Shown: positions 1-12,454, counted from the stretch's first letter. The stretch: DNA of 64,000 nt from Mytilus trossulus (GCF_036588685.1 NC_086382.1:76942001-77006000), one strand, 5' to 3'. Numbers and translations are program-made. Notes: generated by a model not told the origin, from the sequence alone.

Positions 1-2345
1 TATTAACACCGTATGATGGAGCCAACGGCACATCGCCGTCTAAAAAAGGAAAATTAACAATAGGAAATGAAAAATCGTCTCTTTTGTCGTAAATTGTAGT
101 GTGGAGTTTCCCATTTGAAATAGAAATGTCTAAATCTAGAAAAGGACAACTGCTGCTGTTTATGTTAGATTTAGTTAAAGTAAGTTCGTTTGGGTAAATA
201 AGTATATTTAGAGAACTCTGGATTATTCAACGAAAAAATATCATCCAGATAACGGTAGGTATTTTTGAATGTATCAACCAAATGTAACAATGATGGGTCT
301 TTACTGAGTTTGGTCATAAACTGAGATTCATAGCAATATAGAAATAAATCTGCTATTAAAGGGGCACAGTTGGTGCCCATAGGAATACCTACTACCTGAC
401 GATACACTTTATTATCGCCGAAACGTACATAAATGTTATCAAGTAGAAAGTTTAAAGCTTCAATCATATCCTCACATTTGCAGTAAGTGTATCTAGCATA
501 CTTTCCTTTTTCGTTGCAGAAAAAGGCCTTAAACGAGTTACAGCAAATAAAATTACAATGAGATTTTTCGAAAGACCATTTTATCAAATACGAAAACTTT
601 TTCTTTATAAGATTGTGTGGAAGTGTAGTGTACAGAGTAGAAAAATCATAACTGTCAACAGAATTGTAAGGACCATTGAAAGCATGTATTTAATCTAAAA
701 CCTCTAAAGAATTTTTAACACTCCAAAAAAAATTAATACCATTATTTTCATAAGCCTTATTACAAAAGTTAATAACCAGTTCTTTGATAGTAGTAAGGGA
801 GGTGGTTAGAAGCACTGATAGATTAGTAGTAGAACACTTACTCGAAGCGGAGATGAAACGGAATTTAAATGTTTTTTTTTGGTGTAATTTCGGTAACCAG
901 TACATGGTAGGGACTTTCAAATGTTCGGAAGATGCTTTAAGCTAGGCAGTGGCAGTGGTATGCTTGTTAACGATTTTACTCTCTGTGGTGCGCACTGACC
1001 TGAATGATAATTTCGTTTTGAAGACTTTCGAGTAGTATATGCGTCACACCACCACTACATTATTTGCTGCCTTGTCTGCCGGTACGAACACAAACCGCTC
1101 TGCGAGTACCTTGAGTTTGTTTTTTTATTCTAGAAATGGGTATATCATGGTTCCTATTATTAATTTCAGAATTGTTTTCTAAATGAGATATTCGAATATC
1201 AACAGTATTCATAATTTTATTCAAATAACTGTCTAAAGATTTTTTATCGGATTTTTCACGTTTGCACCAATTTTTACAATAGGCAGACAGAGCGTTTTTA
1301 ATAACCTGACGACACTGTTTCCAATCTATTGTAGATGGAGGACGGTATTTCGGTCCTTTCTTTAGAAAAGTTATGACTTCACGGTCATCGACTATGTTGA
1401 GGTCTCCTGTGATAACATTACCTTAGGGAACATATTTAAAACTAGATGTTTCGCAATCTCAAGTGGAAGGAACATTATTTTCTATATTGACGTCTGTTGT
1501 AATTGACGTATAATTGAAAATCAAATTTCTGCTCGGTTTTTTATAAGAATACGAAATAATGGGTTGTTCTATATTATCAAAATATGGAGGTATTAAGCTA
1601 TAGACAGAAGAGTCATTGAATATGCTAGACAAATTAATAAAATCAATACCTCTATTTATATATTTTAATTTGAGAAAATGTCGTTTATGATTTTCAGGTT
1701 TATCAATAATAAGAAAAAGCCTGTGATGACAAAAGGCTGTAATAATATGGGTGTATTCATAAAATGGGCTAAAAAAAGAAATTTTATCACACTCCAGAAA
1801 AATAGCATATAATTTACTTATAGGTATCTGACCCAGTTTGCATAATACTTGATGTCTGCCATTATTCTTTATTATAGATAACAGATCAGCAAGTGTATAA
1901 TTTATACGATGTTTAATACGTTGATTGCGGTTCTTGCGTTTACCATGAGACCTATTATCTCTAAGTCGTTTATCAACAATATTAATGACATCGATATGAG
2001 TTTTAGATATGTTCCCCTGCCCTAATATTTTATCATTTAGACCGAGAGGATAAGCTGTTTGAAGTCTTTTTATCCAAAACAATTCGCGAACTTCGCGTGA
2101 TTTTTCAAATTGCTTGTGCGATTCTCCTGGTTGTTTTTGAACGGTTTCGAGCGGTTGGAATTTTATATATTTCAGATTATGATTATGCTTATCTAAATGC
2201 TGATATACTAAACTTTTGAATTTTTTGGGTCTACGAAAGCGGTACAGATGTTCTTGATTTCTTCTGAAATACTCTCGTCCCGTCTGTCCCACATATTGAA
2301 TACCACACTTAGGTTGGGTTCTAGTTACCACATATATTAGGTTTT
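1..2345 (-). mobile_element. Decayed Penelope-like retroelement (Naiad-type: N-terminal GIY-YIG endonuclease then RT), copy 1; runs off the window start
   Basis: ORF pieces 1459-2331 (NLIY..CGIQYVGQT, RELFWIKRLQTAYPLGLN = GIY-YIG), 690-920 (MYWLPKLH, FRFISAS) and 171-587 (GIPMGTNCAPLIADLFL, RYLDD). The YDFSTLYT motif lies between them in frame. Stops and frameshifts are present. Confidence 0.93.
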
Positions 2346-2425
2346 GAGTCTTTTGTAAACGAGACGCGCGTATATGCGTGAATACAAAATTATATCTTGG
2401 TATCTGTGATAGGTTTAACTATTAA
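2345..2425 (+). repeat. Degenerate hammerhead/pLTR fragment, inverted relative to the adjacent PLE ORF (mirrored at ~32588-32668 and ~44377-44457)
   Basis: tgagtcttttgtaaacgagacgcgcgtatatgcgtgaatacaaaattatatcttggtatc matches the hammerhead-bearing repeat at 13815-13885 and abuts the 5'-truncated GIY-YIG sequence. Confidence 0.6.
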
Positions 2426-3221
2426 ACACCGTTTCTTATATTATTATTATTTTGCTGTTAAAATATAATCTAGATTAGTTTAACTTGCCGTTTTCTAATA
2501 AAATAACCATCTCGAGGACAGCAACCAAACAACGGGTTGTCCGATATGTCTGAAAAAATGGGGCAGATAGATCTTGACCAGATAAACATTTTATATCTAT
2601 ATAATATGTTAAAATAGGAGTACAGCAGTCAACATTGTGTTATAATCTTTATAAACATTAAGTAACAAACAAATGTTTCAAACAAAGAAACACAAAAAGA
2701 CCTATAGACAGAGTACATTATTAAAAATAAAAGACAATTATACAAAAGTAGACTAAACAGTATAAGTAGTATTCACATAGGCAAATAAAAGAACATTGTA
2801 ACACGTAATTAAGATTAACAACGTCAGTACCTAGCTATAGTTCAAGAGCATCGTATATTATGTTTAGTTAATACGGTTATCAACAAGGTCTTGGAAGCTT
2901 CCAATGAACTTTTTGTGGAAAGGGACGAGACGTTCTTTGACCTAACCCTGGTTTATCAACTTTCTGATCAGTAACTAGTGAAAGTCTGTGTAGCGGATGC
3001 AAGCTCTTGAATACCACACAAACTTGGTTATATATTACCGATATCGATACTCTTTAGATTGGGGAAATTTATATTTCAAAATTAAAAACGGCTCGTCTGT
3101 CATATATTCTGGGATGACTGCTTATTAATAATTCGAGGAATAGTTTCAAAATAAGATAGAGAAAACCGTGTCTGTTGTTTCTTTAATTTCTTTAATTTGC
3201 CAAATATTCAACATCAAGAAT

Positions 3222-3840
3222 GAGAGGCGAAAGATACCAGAGGAACAGTCAAACTCATAGATCGAAAATAAACTGACAACACCATGGCTAAAAAATAAAA
3301 AGACAAAGAGACAAATAGTAGTACACATGACGCAACATAGAAAACAAAAGAATTTAGAACAACACCAATAGCACCACAAACTGGGGGTGATCTCAGGTGC
3401 TCCGGAAGGTAATCAGATCCTGCTCCACATGTGGCACCCGTCTTGTTGCTCGTGTTATTACAAACCCGGTAAATTGTCTAATGCGGTAGGTCACATTTGT
3501 GGTGAAAAGGGAAGTAAATTGTTGTTACGTCATGAGGAGTATTTCCGATATCATCTGTGAAACGGTTATTCCATACCGGTCAACCAACTCGTGATGGCGT
3601 CCGTTAAATTTACGAAAGAATGATCGCAACCCTCTTTCAAAGAAATTTACCTTTCCAGAGCACCCGAGATCACCCCTAGTTTTTGGTGGAGTTCGTGATG
3701 TTTATTCTTTTGTTTTCTATGTTGTGTCATGAGTACTATTGTTTGTCTGTTTGTCTTTTTTCATTTTTAGCCATGGCGTTGTCAGTTTGTTTTAGATTCA
3801 TGAGTTTGACTGTCCCTTTGGTATCTTTCGTCCCTCTTTA
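3222..3840. mobile_element. 3' end/pLTR of a second PLE family (3222-3630, minus) with an inverted partial copy (3648-3840, plus); also at 31173-31791 and 45254-45872
   Basis: The minus strand translates as FRKFNGRHHELVDRYGITVSQM, a PLE RT C-terminus. The ~190-bp arms are imperfect inverted repeats (gaaagataccagaggaacagtcaaactcat / atgagtttgactgtccctttggtatctttc). Confidence 0.75.
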
Positions 3841-4629
3841 AGAACAATGTTTTTTAATTCAATCTAAAAACATCAAAGTGAAGAAACTTTTGCATTCTAA
3901 AAGATATATTTTGAAATCATATTACTGACAAATCCTTCCTTATATATAATTATCTTTCTATCTTATTTTATTGACTAAAAGGAATCATGTTCACAACCTA
4001 CATGTCTATGAATTATTAATACTGGGTAAATGATATTCCTTCTCTTGAAAATCCATATAACTTATGAAACAAAACGGTAACCGGATACAAATTATATAAA
4101 AGAGAAACAAATGATTGATATCTTTATCCAACAAAAAGGGGGATATGTTTACTGACATATCCTGCCTTATACTAGTATATAACTATCTTTCTATCTTATT
4201 TTATTGACTAGATGTTTATTTGAATAATATGAAACAAAACGGTAACCAGATACAAATTATATAAAAACATATCACACAAAAAGGGGTATATGTTCAGAGT
4301 ATTAATTCAGTTTAACTATAGAAAAAAACAGGTTTCACGCTCAGAAAGGATAACATAATGAAAGAGAAGATATTTTAGATTTCCTTGTTTTAATATTTAA
4401 AAAAAAACCAAATGGAACAAAAATTAATAGTTGACATGTATATGCGTACACAAGATTAAATGATCACAAAATGGCATTAGCACACCTATGTTTTAGATTT
4501 AAAGATAGAGTTAGGGTAAGGATTAAGGTTAGGTTCACAGATATTGAATTCATCGACGAAGACATGACACATACACAGGTTGTATGAACAGTAACACTTT
4601 ATGTACAGAAAAAAAAGAACACCAACTGG

Positions 4630-6725
4630 CTAATAATTACCATCAGTCGCTTGCTTTCACAGCGTTGTTAATAATTACCATCAGTCGCTTGGTTCTACAG
4701 TGTTGTTGATAAGTACCATCAGTCGCTTGCCTAGGTTTCACAGGACTGTTAATAATAACCACCAGTCCCTTGTCAGGTTTCATAGTGTTGTTTACAAATT
4801 ACCATCAGTCATTTACCTGGTTTCACAGTGTTGTTAACAATCAACATCGTTCGCTTGCTTGGTTTCACAGTGTTGTTAACAATCACCATCAGTCGCTTTC
4901 CTGGTTTCACAGTGTTGTTGATAATTACCATCAGTCACTTGCCTGGTTTCACAGTGTTGTTAATAATTACCATCAGTCACTTGCCTGGTTTCACAGTGTT
5001 GTTAATAATTACCATCAGTCACTTGCCTGGTTTCACAGTGTTGTTGATAATTACCATCAGTCGCTTGCCTGGTTTCACAGTGTTGTTAATAATTACCATC
5101 AGTTGCTTGCCTGGTTTCACAGTGTTGTTAATAATTACTATCAGTCGCTTGCCTGGTTTCACAGTGTTGTTTATAATTAACATCAGTCGCTTGCCTGGTT
5201 TTACAGTGTTGTTAATAAGTACCATCAGTCGCTTGCCTAGGTTTCACAGTGTTATTATTCATTACCATCAGTCGCTTGCCTGGTTTCACAGTGTTATTAT
5301 TAATTAACATCAGTCGCTTGCCTGGTTTCACAGTGTTGTTAATAATTAACATCAGTCGCTTGCCTGGTTTTACAGTGTTGTTGATAATTACTATCAGTCG
5401 CTTGTCTGGTTTTACAGTGTTGTTAATAATTACTATCAGTCGATTGGTTTACAGTGTTGTTAATAATTACCATCAATCGCTTGCCTGGTTTCACAGTGTT
5501 GCTAATAGTTACCATCAGTCACTTGCCTGGTTTCACAGTGTTGTTGATAATTACCATCAGTCGCTTGCCTTGTTTTACAGTGTTGCTAATAATTACCATC
5601 AGTCGCTTGCCTTGTTTTACAGTGTTGCTAATAATTACCATCAGTCGCTTGCCTTGTTTTACAGTGTTGCTAATAATTACCATCAGTCGCTTGCCTTGTT
5701 TTACAGTGTTGCTAATAATTACCATCAGTCGCTTGCCTTGTTTTACAGTGTTGCTAATAATTACCATCAGTCGCTTGCCTGGTTTCACAGTGTTGCTAAT
5801 AATTACCATCAGTCGCTTGCCTTGTTTTACAGTGTTGCTAATAGTTACCATCAGTCGCTTGCCTTGTTTTACAGTGTTGTTAATAATTACCATCAGTCGC
5901 TTGCCTTGTTTTACAGTGTTGCTAATAATTACCATCAGTCGCTTGCCTTGTTTTACAGTGTTGCTAATAATTACCATCAGTCGCTTGCCTTGTTTTACAG
6001 TGTTGCTAATAATTACCATCAGTCGCTTGCCTTGTTTTACAGTGTTGCTAATAATTACCATCAGTCGCTTGCCTTGTTTTACAGTGTTGCTAATAATTAC
6101 CATCAGTCGCTTGCCTTGTTTTACAGTGTTGCTAATAATTACCATCAGTCGCTTGCCTTGTTTTACAGTGTTGCTAATAATTACCATCAGTCGCTTGCCT
6201 GGTTTCACAGTGTTGCTAATAATTACCATCAGTCGCTTGCCTTGTTTTACAGTGTTGCTAATAGTTACCATCAGTCGCTTGCCTTGTTTTACAGTGTTGT
6301 TAATAATTACCATCAGTCGCTTGCCTTGTTTTACAGTGTTGTTAATAATTACCATCAGTCGCTTGCCTTGTTTTACAGTGTTGCTAATAATTACCATCAG
6401 TCGCTTGCCTTGTTTTACAGTGTTGTTAATAATTACCATCAGTCGCTTGCCTTGTTTTACAGTGTTGCTAATAATTACCATCAGTCGCTTGCCTGGTTTT
6501 AAAGTGTTGTTAATAATAAACAACAGTTTCTTGCCTGGTTTCACAGTGTTGTTTATAATAAAGATCAGTCGCTTGCCTGGTTTCACAGTGTTGTTAATAA
6601 TTACCATCAGTCACTTGGTTTCACAGTGTTATTAATAAATACCATCAGTCACTTGCCTGGTTTCACTGTGTTGGTAATACTAAACATCAGTCACTTGCCT
6701 GGTTTCACAGTGTTGTTAATAATTA
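4630..6725 (+). repeat. 42-bp minisatellite, ~50 units, copy 1
   Basis: Unit AATAATTACCATCAGTCGCTTGCCT(T/G)GTTT(T/C)ACAGTGTTG(C/T)T; homogeneous core with degenerate edges. Confidence 0.98.
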
Positions 6726-8414
6726 AAACAATATTTTTGTTATCTTTAAATGCATTTGTGTATGTAAATCTTTTAATTTTTTAATTTTTTGGTATAAGAC
6801 AACAACCATATTATACATTTAATTATTGGTTTGTAACGATGAGTAATATCTGGTGTATTTCTTCTGTAGGCATAAAGTATTGATGCTGCAGGCTCTTAGT
6901 TCAGGGAATTTATTCCAAACTTTTGTAGTTTGGAAAACGAATGAATATGGTAACTAACTTTGTTGCATCGAATTTGTCTGTATAGTTGTTTGTGATAAGA
7001 CCTGGAATTGTGGTCATAAATCTTTCGAATCTTTTAGACCCGGATATCAACCAATCAAAATACAGGATTTGTTGTTGCGAGCACAATTTTACTCCGAGTA
7101 CCGGTGTTTGTTTAGCTTCAGATTAGGGTTAGGTTACCATACAGTATAGCAATTTTGTTGTTCAACGTGTTTTATCTGCTTTAAATGTTTGCTATGTGAA
7201 CGCTTTCCTTCCACAATGAGAAAACGAAATCGTAATCGTCAATAAAATTTCCGTACATGGAAAATATGAATCAATTCAACTTGTTGATATTGATGTGGGA
7301 AAGACCTTCTGATGAGTTTCATTCATATATTACAATTAAACTTAGATTTGAATCTTCTCCGTGAGTTTTATACCAAGTAAACGTAGATTTCAATGTTCTC
7401 TGAGAGTTTTCGTGCGAAGTAAACATTTATTTAAACAGCTAGATCTTCTACAAGAGCTCATAAATCAATATGCATATAATCAAAATAAAATAAAAACATA
7501 GATAAATTTTTGACACGAATTAATAATTAAAATGAAACTTGGAGATTAAAGTTTTAAGATATTTCTAGAAGAGTCTTGATACAGAATTCAAATTATAAAG
7601 TTAAGGCAATGAGTTTTTAAACAAAATAATTTTGGGGGAAATGATTTTTTTCCTAATTACTTACGCGCGTCTGGCGTATTAAAGATAACTTTAAGAACTT
7701 TTTACTTCCTCTCAGTTTAAAAAAAAAGTCGACAAATGAATTTTTTTATTTAATTCTTGTTCAAGAACACATAAAACAGAATAATTCAGATAAATCCTCA
7801 AGTCACTAAAAAGTAGTATACTCCATTGATAACAACATAAGGCATAAAACTTTTGTATAATTGTATTTCAAAAAATGTTAACATACATTTTGTTTATAAA
7901 TTAATATCAGCAGCTGTCAACTTATCAGTGGAATATTGAAAGGATACATAAAAAAGCTTGGTTTCATGAAGTAAAACTATACATCAAGAAAAGCTTGGTT
8001 CATGAAGTAAAAAATGTAACAAGCACATTTGGTAAACAAAATATAAAAAGTGTTTAGAAATAAAATAAAAAAAGATTTAGTAAATATGATATAGGTAAAC
8101 AATTATCCCATTTTATGAAGTCATTTGTTAACCTTGAGAACATACTGTTTTATTCAAGTGATTTCAACCGATATCAAAGGATATCTATATATTTTCTTTT
8201 TTCATCGCATTGATTAAATTCTAAATGACTTTCTCAGACATTTTTGTTTGGCTTGACAAATACAGATTTAACTATTTTTTATTTCATTACCAATATTTTA
8301 ATTGCCAATTAGTGGTTTCTCATCTGAAACTGAAACCTTTTAAATTACAATTTTTTTTTTCTTGCTTGATGCATTTAAACACAAAACAGTTTCTCTTTAT
8401 GTAAGAGACTTTTG

Positions 8415-8548
8415 TGACGTGTTCTTTTATAAGTTGAACATATTTATAAAGTCCTGTGTTCTGCAGCGCCCTTGTCATTCCAGTGGTGATCAACGTCGAC
8501 AGTGGGTCTTTATTGGAGCGGGAAGCAAGTTCATATTGTGAAAAAGAG
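8415..8548 (+). promoter_or_regulatory. Predicted core promoter and non-coding exon 1 of the GH5-like gene (copies at 19824-19957 + and 56878-57011 -)
   Basis: TGACGT at 8415, TATAAA at 8445-8450, Inr-like TCATTC at 8475-8480 (A+1 is 32 nt after the TATA start), splice donor GAG|GTAAAT at 8548/8549. Confidence 0.6.
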
Positions 8549-9373
8549 GTAAATGTTTTATATTATATATTTTACAAGGTTTTCTTTTATGAATATTGAA
8601 ACATTCAAAATGACAAGAAAAAATTAAAATCACAAAACTCCTAAATCGAAACACAAAGGAAAATTCAAGACAAAAAAGCCAAAATCAAAAGTTCAAACAC
8701 ATCAAACGAATGGATAACATCTCTGATATTCCTGACTTGGTACATGCATTTTCTGATTTAGAAAATGGTGGATTGAACTCGGTTGTATAGCTAGCTAAAC
8801 CTCTCACTTGGATGACAGTCGCATCAAATTCCATAATATTGACAATGATGTGCGAACAAACTAAACAGACACAAAAGGTTAAAATGCTTCAACCAATAAT
8901 GCTAACCCCAACAAAAACATGGGATGATATCACATGTGAAATCCGTCGTGTATTGCTTATTCTATTACAAAGCCGATTCATACTCTTAATTCAGTAAGTC
9001 ATATTCGTGAAATACGAACGCGATTTAGCCATGTGTTTACGGACTTTCTAATTGAATTTTCCTCGGAGTTCAGTATTTTGTCATTTAACTTTTTTGCAGT
9101 TAGGACATAAGAAATATATCCAATATCACATGTGAAACACATAATCCATAACGGTCAACCCACTCGTGATGGCGTCTGCAAGATTTACGAAGTGATAATT
9201 TCAACTTCACCATTTGGAACTTTGGAAAAGGTCAGAATTCAGAAGCTGAAATTAACATTTTGTCGTAAAGTTTTGATTTCAACCGACCCTTTTGTCAATT
9301 TCTAGATAAAATCCTTATCAAAAGTCATAAAATGTCAAAAGCTCAAATACTTATGCGTTTGTTTGTTTTTCAG
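8549..9373 (+). other. Predicted 5'UTR intron (825 bp) of the GH5-like gene, filled with repeat fragments (copies at 19958-20782 + and 56053-56877 -)
   Basis: GT at 8549. Acceptor tttgtttgtttttcag ends at 9373, 20 nt before the ATG. Contains a minus-strand PLE RT relic (LRKSCRRHHEWVDRYG, ~9100-9300) and a dispersed repeat (~8700-8850) also seen near 60085-60200. Confidence 0.6.
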
Positions 9374-9393
9374 CACCTAAAGAATACGTTATA

Positions 9394-10470
9394 ATGTTCC
9401 AGATACATCCTAAAATGATGACAATTGTGGTATTAGTTATCATATGTGCATTCTGTTTGAAAGATTCTTTAGCCAGACATAATCCATATACACCAACTAA
9501 ATACCAGAAGAAGATAGCTCAAGGATTTTCCACGAATTATTTCAAAACCCTCAATTTCAAGAAATACAACAAGAAAAACTTAGCTGATATTTATGAACGA
9601 GGTTTTAGAAATGTACGATTAAGATGTAGAGCAGATCTTGACAATTTAAACATGGCTATCTTTTTGGATAATTTAGAGACTGTCGTGAACGATTGTCTTG
9701 CTACGAACATTGCTCCAATAATTTCTTGGATCCATCACGAGGCCGAAGCTTTCGCTACTGAATCACATCGAACCAATTATTTGAAGTGGTGGAGACGAGT
9801 TGCTGAAAAGCTGAAAGATAAGGACTACAGACTTTCATTCAACCTATTTACAGAACTAGGAGTCGACTCATGTGAAAATGAGTGCGCACAAAGTCTCAGA
9901 GAAAACACAGCAAAATACAACGACTGGACATCTGCTGTCGTAAAAAAGATAAGAAAATCCGGCGGAAAGAATGATAAACGGATGCTGATTCTAGGTTCTC
10001 CAAAGAAAACTGCTAAAGGATTAGAAGAAATCGACCAAAATATTTATAAAAACGATCCTTATATGATGGCAGAGTGGCATATCTATGCATCCGGACCAAA
10101 TAAAAAACTAACGAACGACGGAAATCCAGGTCAAAAATATTGGTCTGGGACTGGCGACGATTTTGGAAAAAGTAATGTCATGCTTGCCATCGGATATGCA
10201 AACTATTTTACATCATTTTACAATTTGACCACTTATCTTGGTGCTTGGATGCCACAAGCTAATGAATTCGGGGACTTGAACCAATCGGAAATCATTAATT
10301 TTGGAAAATATTTTGTCCAAGTAATCAAACCGATCCCTTGGTCGATGAATGTTCTTGATACCTACTACGACACAAGGAACAGCGATTGGAAATTAGATGA
10401 CCAGGTTATCAAAGGTCAGACATTGAATATGTCACGAGTTCTGGATGAAATTATATCGGTTATGAAATGA
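9394..10470 (+). CDS. Secreted glycoside hydrolase family 5 (cellulase-fold)-like protein, 358 aa, intronless CDS, copy 1
   Basis: Hydrophobic signal peptide (predicted cleavage near SLA|RH). GH5 barrel motifs occur in order: GFRNVRLR, ISWIHHE, FNLFTE154, KRMLILGS, AEWH229IY231, TYLGAW, IPWSMN. Confidence 0.88.
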   Translation: MFQIHPKMMTIVVLVIICAFCLKDSLARHNPYTPTKYQKKIAQGFSTNYFKTLNFKKYNKKNLADIYERGFRNVRLRCRADLDNLNMAIFLDNLETVVNDCLATNIAPIISWIHHEAEAFATESHRTNYLKWWRRVAEKLKDKDYRLSFNLFTELGVDSCENECAQSLRENTAKYNDWTSAVVKKIRKSGGKNDKRMLILGSPKKTAKGLEEIDQNIYKNDPYMMAEWHIYASGPNKKLTNDGNPGQKYWSGTGDDFGKSNVMLAIGYANYFTSFYNLTTYLGAWMPQANEFGDLNQSEIINFGKYFVQVIKPIPWSMNVLDTYYDTRNSDWKLDDQVIKGQTLNMSRVLDEIISVMK

Positions 10471-12454
10471 ATTCAGAAAAAACATTTTTTTTCCATGGTT
10501 TTTATACTAATTTATAAACACTAATATTAAGACATTCAATATAATTAGATCGTTTATTCGATATTCCATAAAAATATCGAGGAAATTTGAAATACATTCA
10601 AACAATTTACAAAGAAAACCCTCTATCGATCAAGTGAGATACCAAAAACGTTTGATACATTCTCTAAAAAGAAAGTTTAAAGGTACCAGTGACGTCATAA
10701 ATTTAGAAATTGTACACATGAAAATTGTCTCTTTATTATATTGTATTTGATATATTATCAGGTTTTTGTTAGATGATTCTATGTTATTTTTCTTTTTTCT
10801 TCTTTGCTGATTTATCACATGATTTAGATGAGTTATACTTAGCGTTTTCTGATACAGTATCTATCTTATGTTGACATATTTTTAACTTGTGTCATATATC
10901 CACTATAAATCCATTATGTTAATAAATACATATTTTCGTATAATATAACGCAGTGCGTGTAGTTGTAAGTTCATTTTCAATCTGTGAGTTTAAATGTCCC
11001 TCTGGTATCATTTGCCCTTATTTTGTAAACATAGATAAATCTGCTAATTTGCAAAAGCTGTTAGAAATGAAAAAAGAACAAGTGAGTGAAATTTTCCTCG
11101 GAGTTCAGTATTTTTGTGATTTTACTTCTTATTCTTTTTAACACCTGATCTTACAGTGTCCCACACTTCATTATAAAACATAAGATATAACATCACGAAT
11201 ATTCGTAGTTGAAATTAGTCACTTTATAATGGTTCTTTTCGAAAATTTAGAAACCAATGAACAGGTAACTGTTTTTTTGCCGTAACCAGGAAAACTGATA
11301 CCCACAAATAAAAGTTGCTCCACAATAATGTAATTTTCCTTAATATGATTACTTACTTAAAAAATGTATTTGGTTACATATTACTTACTGAAAAAGTGTA
11401 TTTGGTTACAGTGTGGTTAAGTTGTTTATAAGCAAATGTAAAAAAAAAATACATTCGTGCAGACAAATCTAATTTCAGATTATAATGATGTATGTTTGTA
11501 ACATACAGTAAGGGCATATATTATGTGATACATTGTTCTGGCTTTTGCGTCAATAAATAAAAACCCTCAACATGACGTTAACTCTCTGGCAACCAGGCAT
11601 CTGATCGAGGTTTTGTTGCCAATACTAGACCGTCATGAAAAAATTGATGTGGCAGAAATTAAAAAAAAAAGCAAGCTAAACAAAAAATAATACGAACGGC
11701 ACCTTGAAGAAAATAATTTCTCATTAGACAAAAACAAAAGAGACCTCGAGTCCAGTAAAGTAAAATGTGAAAATGATTCATTGATCAGATACTTTTGATT
11801 AGCAAAAAGATACAAAAGTGACAAAAACATACATGCATAAAGATGTAACTATAGACACGAATATAATACTAATACAGTTATATACATCATTGGTGGGATC
11901 AAATCAAAGTTCATTATTTCATAACCAACAGCATATTGGTAAAAACAAAAAGAACGTATTACAAAGACATGCCTCCATAAGTAATGATAAAATTACTGTA
12001 TTTAGCGAAAAAACATTTTCATTGCAGCTTTTAACTAGTGGTCCTCATGTTTGTTGTCTTTTCGTTGTTTTTGGTACGCGATTCACTATTAATCAAACCA
12101 TCATTATCTGTCTTCGAAATGAGTTTTGATTCAATATTCTCTTCACAAGTTTTGATTCGCGGTTCAATGTAAATTTTAACCGTTATATTTCAGTCTTCTC
12201 CATGAGTTTGATTCGATGCTTATTTTTATGATTTTGACAGTCAGCACTATGCAGAATATTTATACTAATGAAATAAATTTTCCCCTCTTGAACTAAGTAT
12301 ATAAATTTAGAAAATTGATTAAAATAAAATTGGTTTATTCTCGAAATGTTTTAGCAGGGGACCATTCAAAACACAGGTTCAATCTTACGTAATGAATACA
12401 GATATAGACATAACTTATATTGCTTCAAATAAAATCAACGGTACCAATTTTGTT

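Noticed and set aside
171-920. Bacterial retron, group II intron or defence RT
   Set aside because: The motifs (GIPMGTNCAP, YDKRDDF, DKA) and the upstream GIY-YIG are PLE-type, and the flanks are metazoan repeats.
1459-2331. Stand-alone GIY-YIG homing endonuclease gene
   Set aside because: It continues through TGA into linker and RT motifs, so it is the N-terminus of a PLE polyprotein.
4510-4535. Telomeric repeat (ttagggtaaggattaaggttagg; also ~7123-7133)
   Set aside because: Only 2-4 degenerate units; not an array.
4770-6635. Long repetitive ORFs (136-487 aa) as real proteins, in all four arrays
   Set aside because: They overlap in several frames and on both strands, consist entirely of the satellite unit, and have no unique domains or signals.
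4630-6725. CRISPR array
   Set aside because: Contiguous 42-bp units with no unique spacers, no cas genes, and a eukaryotic context.
7281-7282. Site-specific recombination site reused at several junctions (7281/18690/27522/49313/58146)
   Set aside because: The coincidence follows automatically if A|B is the single novel junction and A|U' and B'|C are native. No recombinase-type inverted site is visible.
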